This document shows, one piece after another, positions 31,548-46,870 of a DNA stretch of 64,000 bases (positions within the stretch are counted from its first letter, which is position 1; every line of letters begins with the position of its first letter). The notes under the pieces are model-generated. The model did no database searches. It saw only the letters and a list, made by a program, of their open reading frames with translations, and was not told the DNA's origin. The position numbers and the translations under genes were made by a program. The DNA is from the human T2T-CHM13v2.0 reference genome, Homo sapiens. Location: the NCBI RefSeq assembly GCF_009914755.1, contig NC_060937.1. One strand, written 5' to 3'.

Positions 31548-31795
31548 TGCAATGTGGTGAGCACAGACCCAGCTCTGGAGCCCATGGATCTACAGAGAGA
31601 CCTGGCTCTGCTACTAGCCATGGGGATCTTGAACAAGCCAGAAATTCTGTGTAGGTCAGTGTTCCCATCTCTAACATTAGAATTATTAAACCTGCTTCCT
31701 GTCCCTCATGGATCATTGTGAGAATCAAACTGGAAAATGTATAAGAAAATGCCTTGCAGACCATAAAGCGCTTTAGACACACAGGTGTTGTTATT
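31548..31795 (+). mobile_element. MIR
   Basis: tgcaatgtggtgagcacagacccagctctggagcc...ctggctctgctactagccatggggatcttgaacaagcca...ttgtgagaatcaaa. Confidence 0.65.
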
Positions 31796-32222
31796 GATTT
31801 GCTGTGTCATAGGAAATGAGAAGTCTCCTCCTTAGGGACCCCTATTTTCAGGCACATATAAAAAATATGTATGTATACATGACTTCAATTTTAAATCCTT
31901 CATGGTTAATCCAAGATCCCTGGTAAATCTGTTTTGTAATGTTGAGTGAAATTCCCTCAAGAGATTCTGTTCATATATCTGCAAAGCAGTATTTACCACC
32001 AACAAATAGGGATTTTAAAAAGATGCTTTCCCCTTGACCATAGTTATTTCTGCTTGATACTATGCAAATGCCTTTATTTCACAATGCTTTTTCCTTGTTT
32101 CTTTAAACGAGAGCTTCAGAAACAAGTATAGTACACTGTGTTGCTTGAGACGTTCAAAATGCAACTAAGTCTTTCCATTCAAAGTTCAGAATATTCTTCT
32201 AAATTTAAATAAGATCCACTTG

Positions 32223-32695
<473 letters not shown>

Positions 32696-33928
32696 TCATC
32701 ACAATTCAGTGAGTAGATATATTATGATCCTCATTTTGCAAATTCAGAAGACTGGGCTACTGAATTCAACAAGACACCACTTTTTCCCCATGTGTTCATG
32801 AAATGTCACTATTAAAGTGGATATCCATTAAATTTAGAACATTAAACCCTGGCAGATGGGCAAAGAACACTAGAAACCACCCTTTCTATATGCCAGACAC
32901 AGTGCTAGACCCTTGTCACAAACTATCTCATCCAACCTTCCCACTGCCTTACTATTTCCCAGAGGAAGAAATGAGGCTTAGGAAGATGGCAAACTACTGT
33001 GTTGAGATTGTTATTGGCTGCCAGGCCTAGTGCTGGGTGTTTTTCAATGGCCTCCTCATCAACAGACAATCCTCAGATAAGGAAACTCAGTGAAATGCAT
33101 ACAGTAAACAAACACATGAAAAAAATGGTCAACATCTCTAATAATAAAACATTACAACTGAAAACATCAATGAGGTACCAATTGCATTTGTCACATTAGC
33201 CAAACAATGCTAAATGCCAAAGGTAGTGACTTCATAGTGAAGCTAATTTATTTATATATTGCTGGTGGCATGTTTACGGCCAAACACTAAGATGCAGCAT
33301 ACAAATGTACGCCTGCTCTAAGATTACCCACAACGTGAAGGGAACCCAGCAAAATGAAAACAGCTGTTGTGTTAGAGTGGAATAAAATTTTTAATCTCTC
33401 AGATTGTCTTCACTCTTTTATAATATTGTTTTGACAATAAATAAAACTGGGGCAAAAAAGGATTTTATTATCCCATCTATCACTTATAGTTGAGGATTGC
33501 ATTCCTGACTTCAATAAATCATCGATATGACCAAGAATTAATGAAAAAGCCAAGATTCAGTAATTTTAAGCTTCTGTTTTCACCTGAGATATCAAAAGTA
33601 GGCCCTAAAACACAGAATTTTATGATCCTCATTTAACCTCCTCATTTTCTTGATGAAGAAATGAAGGCCTAGAGACATAGAATTTCTTGTCAAGGTCAAA
33701 CAGTTGCATGCAGAGCTGCAGCAAGCACCTGTTGCTCATTAAAAAAAAAAAATCCATAAAAGGAAAGTGCATTTGCTATTTATAGGAAACTGCCAAAAAA
33801 TCGGCATAAAAGAAAATGGGCAGATCTCAGAATTCAAAGCTGGAGCAAATGTGTCCCTGGGGCCCATTCTAGAACTTCTGGTTGGGATGTGTTGGCCACC
33901 CGTCTCGAGCTAGGGTCTTACTCTGAGG

Positions 33929-34117
33929 CAGTGGTTCTCACTGTGGGGCCCCCGGGCCGGCTGCATCAGCATCACCTGGGAACTTGTTAGAAATACAAAT
34001 ATCTGGGACCCATTCATGGTAAAGTGAAACATAAATTCAGAGAGTGGGGCCCCGCAATATCTTTTAACAAGCTCTCCACACGTTTCTGCTGCATGCCAAA
34101 GGCTGAGAAACAGGCTC
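33929..34117 (+). mobile_element. MER5A (hAT-Charlie)
   Basis: cagtggttctca...gcatcagcatcacctgggaacttgttagaaatacaaat...ttttaacaagctctcca...tgagaaac. Confidence 0.8.
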
Positions 34118-34122
34118 TAGGG

Positions 34123-34287
34123 CAGTGCCTCGCCAAGTTCAGCGCATAGGAATCACCTGGGGATCTTGTAAAACTGTAGGTTCTTATTCAACAGGTCGGA
34201 GGGATGGGGTCTGGGAGACTGCATTTCTAACAAGTTTTCAGGATATGCCAATGCTGCCTCTTTGGGGACCACACTTCGAGTAGCAAG
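34123..34287 (-). mobile_element. MER5-family element (MER5A1/MER5B-like)
   Basis: gaatcacctggggatcttgtaaaactg...gactgcatttctaacaagttttcagga...ggggaccacacttcgagtagcaag. Confidence 0.75.
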
Positions 34288-34361
34288 ATTCAAGTAAAGC
34301 CATGTGCCCATGTGAACAGATGCCAGGCCTGCATACATTGAACCTCAGCCCTCTGTGTCCT

Positions 34362-34518
34362 TCCTACTCCGAGTGTGGCCCAGACTCAGCATTGTGGGCA
34401 CCCTCTGAAGCTTGTTAGAAATGCAGACTCTCAGCACCACCCCAGACCACTGCATGTAATCTGTGTTTTAAGAAAATCTGCAGGTTTACTTGGCAACATT
34501 AAATTTTGAGCAGTCCTG
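34362..34518 (+). mobile_element. MER5-family element
   Basis: ctactccgagtgtggccc...agcttgttagaaatgcagactctcagcaccaccccagacc...aaattttgagcag. Confidence 0.7.
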
Positions 34519-35015
34519 GTGGAGGGAGGCTGCTGGAGACAGAGGGACAGTTAGCATCTCTGAGCCAGTCACCTCCACCAGGCAGCACCAAGACTCCACC
34601 CTAGTGCAACTGACAGATGTGACCTCCCACATTTGGAAAAGGCTGGTGGCCCAGGTGTAAGGGGAGGGGAGCTAGGGTGTCACCAGACAGAACAACCAAC
34701 AACAGGGGCTGGGTAGGGGAGGACGGGGGACAGGAATCATGCAGGAGTATTTTTAATGCAAAAGTGTTAAGAAATAAGGCTTCTCCCCCGACAAAACCAA
34801 AATAAGACAAACAATGGCTGCTGTTGAAAGTTTTGCCAGGCAGTGCAACTTCGTCACATATGGGTGGGTGGGTGGCAGGCACTGAGGTTGTCATCACCTC
34901 CTCCTAAACCATCCCCCCCAGCCACAACCCTGCTCCAGAAACCAAGGAAGAAGTGGGAAAGGACTGCACAATGAAGAGAGGTTTGAGTTGGAAGCATTTT
35001 AGAGACATTGCCTAC

Positions 35016-35791
<776 letters not shown>

Positions 35792-36839
35792 CCCTTTTTC
35801 TAAAGCTTCTCTCATGGGTCTGTGGGGAAGGACGCCACCTTGCCAGGGGGCTTGCTGGGCTCCTGTGGCCCTTCTTTGAATCTGGAAGATAATGTTAATG
35901 TCACTGCCTCATTCAGAGCTGAGAACATTGTAGTATTTCATGTGTCAGACTTCCCACTGTCAGCAGGACTTAGCTTAAGTTATTTATAGTGTCAATGACT
36001 TGCCTTTTGCATTAATGTAACTGTTTGTGTTAAATAAATTTTTAAGATAGGAGCCATTCAGAGCCACACTGGGGAGTGCTTTCCGTTCTGCGGGGCACCA
36101 ACTTTCACAGGGAGAGCTTAATGAGACTGAGCTGGCATTGTTATTTATCACGCCCAACTGCCCCCTCACCAACACCAATTACACCTGAAATATGCTTATC
36201 TCATGAAGCTTCCATGGAGGACAGGCTTTCTTGTTGACTCTAAATGACTTTAGGTCTGGTGCAGGGAATGGGGTGGGTGACTGGCCTCAGGCCCCTGCTG
36301 CAATATAGGAGTCTGTCAACAGGGCCTTCCACTGCTGGTGGGGCTGTGATCTGGGGCAGGAAGCCTGTGGATGCCAGGCCCCTCCAGCCCCTGGCCAGGG
36401 CTCAACTTCCCCTTCTGGTTCCCAGAAGGAACAACAGAGGCACTGGAGCTAGAAAAATTCTGATTCCTTCAGCAAAGCCGGCATGTCAGGTCACTGCTAA
36501 ATGCTGGGATGCAACCACAAAAGGCCTGGTCCCCACTCCAGGAGCTTACCTACAATGATAAGGAAACAGCAACAGTGCAGGACGGGAGGCATCATGGTAA
36601 AATTAAGAAAAGGGTGTTAAGGGGAGTAGAAAGAGCCCATATCTGGCCTAGCAACAACACGTGAGCTGGGGCCCAAAGAATGAGCTGGAGCTAATCAGGT
36701 GAGGGGGCGAGGAGGCTTTCCCGCATGAAGAGAAGCTGGAGTGCAGTGAGCACGTGGTAGGGGCTGGCTATTAGCATCTGTGTTATTATTATTCATGTAC
36801 TCCTGCATGCATGTCACGCAGAAAGGTCACTGTCGTCAT

Positions 36840-37060
36840 GACAACTAACACTTAACCTCATACTTACCATGTGCTGTGCTCCATGGGCTTCCCCTACATT
36901 AACTCATGTGCGGCTCACAACCACCTGTGAAGTGGTGACTATTGTTACCTTGGAAAGAAACTGAGGCACGGAGAGCTTAAGGCAGAGGTGATGCGACTCA
37001 GTGGCAAAGCTAGGCTGCCCCTCCTCATAGCCTGATTCGACAGCCCAACTCTTAGACAAT
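36840..37060 (-). mobile_element. MIR
   Basis: acaactaacactta...acttaccatgtgc...attaactcat...aagaaactgaggcacggagagcttaag. Confidence 0.7.
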
Positions 37061-38739
37061 TAATTCCCTGCCCTGGAGTCCCCAGTCCCCGGTACCTGGT
37101 AACGTGGCAGCTATAGATGGGATACGGTGAGTAGCAGCACAGTACCAGACAAACAGTTCTGGATTCTTCCACAGAAAGCTGGGTGCCTTGGAAAAGTTAC
37201 AGGGTTCAGCCTTGATTTCTGGAGTGTGGTGGGCAGGGAAGAAGCCTGCAGGACTTCCATGAGACCCTCAGGTCTCAGGCTGCAGGTGTGAACGGCTCCA
37301 ATGCACACATGGAAACGGCGCCCCCAGCAGAGACAACATCGCTCCCTCCAGCTCCCAGATCTTTTAACCTGGAAGGGCCTTGGTCTTTTGAGAAGCTGCC
37401 CCTGTGTAGAATGTCAGGCGCCTCCACCATGGGTGGGGAGTGACAGCTCCCTGCTCTGTGGCCCAGCACTTCAGGAGGCCTGGAGACAAATCCACTCCAG
37501 ATGGTCCCAGAGGAAATGGTCTAGTGGTCAATGAAGGGTGGGAGGACAGACACCAATGCCATGGCCTGGATCCCAGCAATTACCCTAGATGCTTATGAAA
37601 CAGTCCATAGAGACCCTCCTTCCTCCAAAGCTCTTCCTTTGCCATTTTCATTAAAAGCCGCAGCTAACTATCATCACTCTGCCAGCCCCAGGGAGAATAT
37701 ACTCGTCAGGGTCTGATGCATCTTGGCAACAGTTATTTTCCTCTTCCTCCCAACAACACAAATGATCCCCCTTGCCCCTGGTACTCACCTCCCCCTTTCA
37801 GCCTTTTCATTGGGAAGTGATGAGCCATGCGAATACCCTTCAGGTGGGCTTCCTGTCCACATATTTGGTCAGCTCAACCCACAAACAAAGGCAATTTGCA
37901 GAGATCCTTGGCTCTGACAACCTGGATGCTGCAGATAACTGAGGCAGAGCCTCGGGCTGCAGCCAGATTGGTCAGGCAGCCAGAACGCCTCAGGCCATTT
38001 TAAGAAGCTCCCGCAATCAAGTTCTTTACCTGACATGACCTAGGAAATCAAGATTCTCGGTGCTACTGGAGGGAAAATTAAGTGCCTTACTCAAATTATT
38101 TCAAGTGCCCTGCCAAGCATTACTAGCTTTTATTTTATTTTCTTAGTTGTTTTTAGTTGTCTCGATCGTACTTTAAGGGCAGAGAGAGTTGAGTTAGCCG
38201 GATGCCTCGGTTCTTGTCAGTGCAGCCGTGACTAAGAACTGCTTCTCTCAAACACTGGCTCTATCACTTAGTGGCCATGTGGCCTTGGCGACAGCTCTCT
38301 GTTAACTAGGGTTAGCAATGGTGCCTACCACTGCAAGCCTGTTGTAAGGGTAAAATGGTTATTGTACAAAAAATACTTAGACCTATGACTGATGGATAGT
38401 AGGAGCTATGCGTTTGTATATTGTTACAATTAGATTTTTCCCCTTTTAATTATTATTTTACTTTTCTCTTTCTTCCCTGATCTCTGCTTCCCTTCTCTTC
38501 TCCAGGGAGCCAGTCTGAAGTATTTGATATATGGCCTGTTATCTTCATACACAGGCTTTTCAAAGTCAGAATTAATTCCAGGCCACACGTCACAGCCAAC
38601 AGCCAATGGTGTTGTATTAACAATTTCCATAAGTGCTGTGTAAACTATGACCAGCTACAGTGATCACCATATTCTGGGCTAACAATTGAATTTACCTATA
38701 AAATAACTTCTTTATAGGCAGATGCTTTGTATTGACAGT

Positions 38740-39092
38740 GTATAAGTCTGGGTTCTTATTTGCAAGCAACAGAAATTGATCCTGGCTGAGAATCTCACAG
38801 AATGTCCAGCCATGGGGTGGGGGAATCCCTCAAATCTATGCCATTTTATAGGGATGTAAGGGATCATCTTCAACACATGGCTCCTAAGGCTGCCCAAGGT
38901 AGAGACATCCAGCAAATGGGAGAGAGACGGCCATGCATGGGAGGTTTTATTGGCCAGGCCCGAAGGTGGCTCTATGCCATTGGTTAGAATTCAGTCACAT
39001 GGCCCAACTGCAACGGAGGCTGTAACCTGGCTGTGTGCCTCAGGGAGGAAAAAAAGAAAGTGGGTTTATTGGTCAGCTAGCAGTCTCTGCTA
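38740..39092 (-). mobile_element. Old MaLR LTR (MLT1J/K/L-like)
   Basis: gtataagtctgggttcttatttgcaagcaacagaaa...ccattggttagaattcagtcacatggccc...ggctgtgtgcc...cagctagcagtctctgcta. Confidence 0.6.
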
Positions 39093-39655
39093 TGGAAAAC
39101 AAGCATTTGGTTATTTCAGTTACTATGGCAGAAAACAGACTGTCCCTCCCACACAGATCCATATGGCAAGGAATTCTTCAGACTTATCAAGGGGTTTCAA
39201 ATCCTCAGCATCAAAAAAGATGAAAAGTGTCCAATACAGGCATTACAAGAGACACTCAAGGTCTCTCCTGAAAGAGAGGGGATCCCTCTTTGGTTGCAAA
39301 CAAGATATTGGCTGGGCTACAGTCTCATCTGAAGACTTGATTGGGGCTAGTAGGGGAGGGAAGGCGGCCTCAGGCAGACTGTGTTTTCTTCCCTTGCAGA
39401 GGCTGAATGCTGTGTTTTCTTATCTACAACTTCAACAGAGGTGACTCTTTCTAAAGATTTTTCAAAGGTAGTAAGATGTAAGTTTCCTGTGTAATGCTGA
39501 CCCCAGCACTTATAGCAGGAGCTTCTCATTCATTCATTCATTCAAAATCATATTTTTAAGCATCTACTATATGCCAGACGTTCTAGAGTTTCGGAATACA
39601 GCAGTAAACAAAACCCCCAAACATCTACCTCCATAGAGTTTGCATTCTCCTTTGA

Positions 39656-40167
<512 letters not shown>

Positions 40168-41334
40168 TGAGGCAGCCTTGGGCTGACTAGCAGCCCATAT
40201 CCCCTTGTTCTCTGATTCTGCTTTTGAAATTTAAAATTCTGTGGAATAACTGGTGTGCCATGAACACTGGCCTTCATTCATTTCACAATGCACTGAACAC
40301 TGCACTCGTGGAGGAGCAGCGTGATCTGTTTCTTCACTTATTCAGCCATTGGCAAACATCTTCACTCTACACGGTAGCAAAGTGCCAGGTCCTTGGGCTT
40401 ACCGCGAAGGTGAGGCACGACTCTCACCTTCCCAGTGCTTTCCACACAATGATGGGAACTTGTGACCAAGGTTTGAGCCCTCTCACTGTTGAAAACATGG
40501 CTGTCTTTTGTTCAGCACCCACCCACTCCCATTTTGTTTGTTTTATTAATTAAGAGAGTATGAAGGTTCTCAGCCTGGGAAGCCCATGAGGCAAAAAGAA
40601 CCAAGTCAGACTCTTCAGCACACCTGAAGGCATCTTGTGAACACAGAGGCTGTGTTTCCAGTAGAACCTGTATTTAATTTATTCCCATGAGGGTCCCCAA
40701 GTGGACCACATCTGTATGCCCTAGTCCAGATTTTTAAATCCTCTGATGCTGCAGAACCACTCTGATAACAGCAGAAACTTAAATGGATCAGAAACTTGAG
40801 TAACACCAACCCATAGCAATTTCCTTTTTGGTAGAATGTGAGGGTTGAATTTGAGAACATGGAAATGACAATGGCTTTTGTGGAAAAAAGCACTTTGTCA
40901 GCTCCTCCCCAAAGCATTAACTGCATGGATGGGCTATTTCAGACAGTGAGACCTGCTGTGATAAAAAAGATTGCTTGGGATACGTTGCTATGTTATTCCA
41001 CTTTTAAAATGCTTCTCTTCTCTTAGGCAATGGCAGATACCATGGTAGGACAGGCCGCCTTTTCTTCCTTCCATTTTTCAATTCCTGTCCAAGGAGCAGA
41101 GGCATGGCTGAATTCTAACAGGGGTGTGAGCTGGCAAGGGATGGGGCGTAGGTGTGCTAGCAGGGCCATGCTTTGGGTCGGTGAGGAAAGCAATATATGA
41201 GGAGGGAACCCTGATCCTCTTCTCTACCTGCCTCATGATCTTGCTTTCACACCGCTGCTTCTAATGCCTTTCATCTTAAGCCTAGCAAGCACCATGTCAA
41301 CCTGCTATTTGAAAATTGTTGAAGATGGAGCTGG

Positions 41335-41455
41335 AGAGAGGGGGAAATGGGGAGTTATTGTTTAATGGGTGCAGAGTTTCAGTTTGGAAAGATAAAGCTC
41401 TGAAAGTAGATGGTGGTGAAGGTTGCACAACAATGTGAATGCACTTAATGGCATT
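41335..41455 (+). mobile_element. L1MB-like 3' UTR fragment
   Basis: ggggagttattgtttaatgggtgcagagtttcagtttgg...gatggtggtgaaggttgcacaacaatgtgaatgcacttaatg. Confidence 0.8.
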
Positions 41456-41461
41456 ATGAGC

Positions 41462-41604
41462 AAAAATTATGTTCCAGGGAGTTGTAATTGGCTAGGACTC
41501 TGGACAAAAATTACCCAGGATAATCTTAAACTTTGTTGGCAAAAAAAGGGGGGGGGCTCTTTTGAACTCCTAAACTTGCCTATATGCATACACAATTAGA
41601 ACAA
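41462..41604 (+). pseudogene. ERV gag matrix-like remnant
   Basis: KNYVPGSCNWLGLWTKITQDNLKLCWQKKGGGSFEL/PKLAYMHTQLEQ resembles the W-x(n)-WP-x-x-GSF-x-x-x-KL pattern of class I ERV matrix. Confidence 0.55.
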
Positions 41605-41775
41605 AGAAGACACTGAATTTACCAGAGACTATGAGAAGCCCAACTGGCAGTTGAAAGTTCTAAATGGAATGAAGAGGTTACCATTGCCTTTCTTCGATAA
41701 AATAATTCCAAATTGAATATCTTAATGAAGCAGAAAGACAGATTAGCACTGAAGAGACTGAAGCCAAAGCTGTTA

Positions 41776-42186
<411 letters not shown>

Positions 42187-42588
42187 TCACTCTTTCACCT
42201 GTTATTTTGAAAAAGTTTCTACATTTTCTCTGGACTTGTCTGTGTATTTCCTTGTGGAATCCTCTGATGATTCCTATGATTTTGTGTAGATTTAGCATCC
42301 ATTTTGGTCCTTCTCTAATACCCCCAGACTTCTTGAGACACTTGAATTCTCTCTGTGCTTGCTACTCTGTTTTCTCTAAAATTCCGTAAGGGCTTCAGCC
42401 ATGTGGGACAGGTAAACTTCAGTTGTTCCCTTTATAGAGATACTATTTGAGTTCAACTGTCCTTTTAAACTAGTGGGTTTTATCTGACTCATGGCTAAAA
42501 TTTTAAAACTAAAGCTGTAAGGTCTTTATTTGTGTCTCTCTCCATTTTTATGTACACATATGTATACATGTCTGTATACTGTCTACAT

Positions 42589-42924
42589 CAGGGGTTCCCA
42601 GCCCCCAGCCCACATACTGGTACTTGTCTGTAGCCTGTTAGGAACTGGGCCACACAGCAGGAGGCAAGCAGTGGGCAAGCAAGCATTACAGCCTGAGCTC
42701 CACCTCCTGTCAGATCAGAGGCAGCATTAGATTCTCTTAGGAGCACAAATCCTATTGTGAACTGTGCATGCAAGGGATCTAGGTTGCGTGTTCCTTATGA
42801 GAATCTAATGCCTGATGATCTGAGGTGGAACAGTTTCATCCCAAAACCATCCCCCACCCCATCTGTGGAAAAATTGCTTTCCATGAAACGAGTGCCTGGT
42901 GCCAAAAAAGGTTGTAGACCACTG
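42589..42924 (+). mobile_element. MER1B (hAT-Charlie), nested in the ERV internal region
   Basis: CAGGGGTTCCCAGCCCCC...CCTGTCAGATCAG...GAGAATCTAATGCCTGATGATCTGAGG...AAAAAGGTTGTAGACCACTG. 8-bp TSD gtctacat/gtctacac. Confidence 0.92.
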
Positions 42925-44437
42925 GTCTACACGACACCAAATTGGTTTATAAATAAATGAGTACTAGAATATTAAACAAATAAGCCCAGTTGCTTTTCAA
43001 CTGGCAGATGGGACTAGTCTAATATTGTTGGTTTGATGGGGCTGTGTCTTCTGAGGTATCAGCAAAGTATGCATGGATTTCACTTTAGGGTTCCTGCTTT
43101 TATGATACTTGCCTGGCAGAGAGTAATATAAAATTGGTTGATAGAAAATTTAGCTTGGGATAGTTGCTAGATTCTTGTAGTGTCTTACAAAGTTTTCTAA
43201 ATACATTAAGTAAATGAATTAAATGTATGTAAATGGGATGAAAGTTTAGTAAATGAATTTTGGTAACGGATGTTTTGTAATATGTTTACTTGGAAGGGCT
43301 TCTCAAATATCTTTAGTAACTCTTCCCCTAGAGTTTTGCTAAGCTAAATTAAATGATAGATATTCATTAAATATCTAGATTATTTCCAAATAAGTTAATG
43401 TTAAGACATTGATTGCTGAATATCAGTTTAGGCTCATATACTTTTGGCTTATTATTTCAGAGAAACAAAAGCTATTTAGATTTGTTAGTAAATGTCCTGC
43501 TCCACATTTAAAAACTGTTCTGTTAGAAAGCTTATGTTTCTAAAAATTATGAAATGTGTATCCACAAATAGTACATATCTGACACCTTAGCATACTTATT
43601 TCCTAGTTTTTATTAAAAATTAAGGTTACTAAGAGTTACCATTGTAATTTAGATATAAGAAAAACATTTCTATATGCAAAGTATATAAGGAAATGAGGAT
43701 GTGTTTTTAGAAAGGAAGGATAATAAGAGAATAATTTTGTATGAGAGTTTTGTGCAATAAATTTTTGTCCTACAGTAAAATGACTTGTTATTTAAGAAAA
43801 AGGAAGCGTAGGACAAAGTGGAAAGTCCAAGCATGTCATACATGATCTAAGTAAATCATGATAAGGTTTATGAAAAGAAAGTTTGTAAAAGGAATGTTCA
43901 ATGTGGTCAGTTTGGCTACAACTGGAAGAAAATTGTTTATAGTTCTTTCTAAGGATTGAGTTTTGATGTTAGAAATGTACTAATGTAGAATTTAAAAATT
44001 TGATCCCCTGTGTTGGAACAAGGTTTTCTGAAAATATTTATGTGTTCTTCGTAAAATTGCAAGAGGTTTTTATTTTATTTTTGAAATCTATTTCCTTAAC
44101 TACCATCCTTTAAACTACAAAGTTTCTAATTCTGCCACATTTCTTCTTGAAAGCTATCTAATTTCCCTAGTTTCATACTGGAAATACAGCTCTCCTTCTT
44201 TCTACCCTTGAAAAAGTATATCTTTTTGCTTGGCTGAGTGCTAACCCTCTCTTTCAATCTTTTCACCAGCTCCTTTCACCTTTTCTCTGGTTCAAACTCT
44301 GTCATTATGGCCTGATGATAAAATGTGTATCTTGAAGGTCTAGAAAGTCAGTGTTTTCTCCAGTACAACCTGATTCTGTACTTTGGGCTTTTCTTAATGT
44401 GCCTGAATTTACATTCACCAGAAAACTTCCTATACTG

Positions 44438-44742
44438 CATTTTGGTTTTTGGTTTTGAGACAGAGTCTTACTCTGATGCCTAGGCTGGAGTGCAGTGGCA
44501 CAATCTCAGCTCACTGCATGCAGCCTCTGCCTCCCGGGTTCAAGTGATTCTCCCACCTCAGCCACCTGAGTAGCTGGGATTACAGGCACCCACCACCACA
44601 CCCAGCTAATTTTTCTATTTTTAGTAGAGATGGGGTTTCACCATGTTGGTGAGGCTGGTCTCAAACTCCTGGCCTCAAGTGATTAGATTGCCTCAGCCTC
44701 CCAAATTGCTGGGATTACAGATGTGAGCCACCGTGCCTGGCC
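44438..44742 (-). mobile_element. Alu (AluS-type), followed by about 137 bp of non-ERV sequence
   Basis: Reverse Alu with a ttttggtttttggtttt tail; see finding at 44429-44888. Confidence 0.95.
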
Positions 44743-45578
44743 CCCTGTCCATCTTTGAGACAGCTCCTCTGCATGAAATTTCCCTGCACCCCTCCTGACT
44801 GTGTGAGGTGTCCCTCCTGAGGGCACCCACACCATGTGCCTATGCTCTTGCAGCACTTCTGACTGGAAAAAAATATGCCCCTATACTGTTAATAAGAACA
44901 ACATATTCTCCAGCTCAAGGTACTAGTTCTCTTGTTTACATTCCTCTATAATATGGTGTACACTCATAGCCATAACCCTGGACACACTCTTCCTATGCCT
45001 GATTAAATTCAAGTCCCATTTCTATCAGGTGTAACTTCCAGGTTATCTTAATGGGCTTCCTGTAAGGAGAAGGAATCACGCTGCAGGAGGTTTTCTTTTC
45101 ATTGCCTTTTAGGTAACTGGCCTAGGAAACAAATATTATGTGTTTGACCAAAATAATTTTCTGTTTTGTATGTTGTCTTTGTTGAGTATTTTATGACTTA
45201 GAATAACAGAGCTTTAAAAAGTTTAAGGTTTTTACATCCATGTAACTTTTTGTATTGTTTTTGAAGTCTTTTGATTATCACTGTAGTTAAACAACCATTA
45301 TTTTACAATGACCTGTGATTCTGTTTAAGTACTTTGAAAGTTTTTGACATCTTTGACAGGTTTTTCTAGGATCAAAATCCTAAATTATCTATCACCTAAA
45401 ATTAACTTGAGGATTTTGAAGTTGGGCCCCTGGAGAGCATCAAAGAATTTCTCATTTTATGGAGATATCAAATGATCGGGCTTATTTGATAAATCTTCTG
45501 GAATCACTGACAAATAAGAAATGGTGTTTAATGTCCTTTAAGTTACATTTGTGTAAACGTGTTATTAAAATGTGTTCT

Positions 45579-45868
45579 AGCCAGGCGTAGTGGCTTATGC
45601 ATGTAATTGCAGCACTTTGGAAGAACGAGGCAGGAGGATGCTTGAGCCCAGGAGTTCAAAACCAGACTAGGCAAGAAAATGAGACCCCCATCTCTACAAA
45701 ATGTTTAAAAATTCGCTGAGTGTGGTGGTGTGTGCCTGTGGTCTCTGCTGCATGGGAGGCTGAGGCAGGAGGATCACTTGAGCCTAAGAGGTCAAGGCTG
45801 TAATGAGTCATGTTTGTGCCACTACACTCCAGCCTGGGTGACAGATGGAGACCCTGTCTCAAAAAAAA
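45579..45868 (+). mobile_element. AluJ
   Basis: AluJ diagnostics ggaggatgcttgagcccaggag and ggatcacttgagcctaagaggtcaaggctg. Confidence 0.92.
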
Positions 45869-46004
45869 TTTTTTTTAATATGTTCCAAAATTAGATGAGA
45901 TTTCTACAACTCCAACACATTGTGATATGCATTATCAGTGATGACTTAAATTATCTTAAATTTTTGTATGCCACAGAAAAACTAAATTTCCTTATCAGTT
46001 GTAA

Positions 46005-46322
<318 letters not shown>

Positions 46323-46870
46323 AAAGCTCATTAGATTTTTTTTTTTACCATGACTGTTATGGATTTTTGTCATCCACAGTTATTATTTTAAATTATTCTC
46401 TGGGAGCATTTGCAATCAGATATTGCAACAAATTGCTTTTCATGGATCTGCTAACCAAACTCAAGCAAAACAAAATTAATTACATGAAATTAAGTAATGA
46501 TAAGCATAACGTTTTTATGACTTATATTTTAAAACATTGTTGGTTCTTTATTTAAATGTTTTATTTTCCAGATTTAACAAACTTTTTTCCATAAGATGTC
46601 TATAGTTTGCAATAATTTGGTAAAGTAGTATACTTTTGTGAACAAAGGTGGAAGCATTTGCGTTTTCTATTTGATCTCTCCAAAGTTCAGAAACTATTTG
46701 TGAGTTTATCTTTTTTGTCTTATTAAAAAAAATTTGTCTTATTTTTTTCCATAAGTTTAATAAAAATCCACTCCCTCTTTATAAGCAGGACACAATGGGA
46801 AATGTTGGTTATATGGCCAGGGTTTTGACTGAAATATTGTACTTAAGAATGTGCATAGTAAAATGCCTGG

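Noticed and set aside
38460-38510. Long polypyrimidine tract ending in CAG, as a splice acceptor
   Set aside because: The context resembles an antisense old L1 3' end, and no downstream donor or coding frame is evident.
38950-39444. 164-aa ORF
   Set aside because: It starts inside an MLT1 LTR at a non-ATG codon and has no domain similarity I can recognise.
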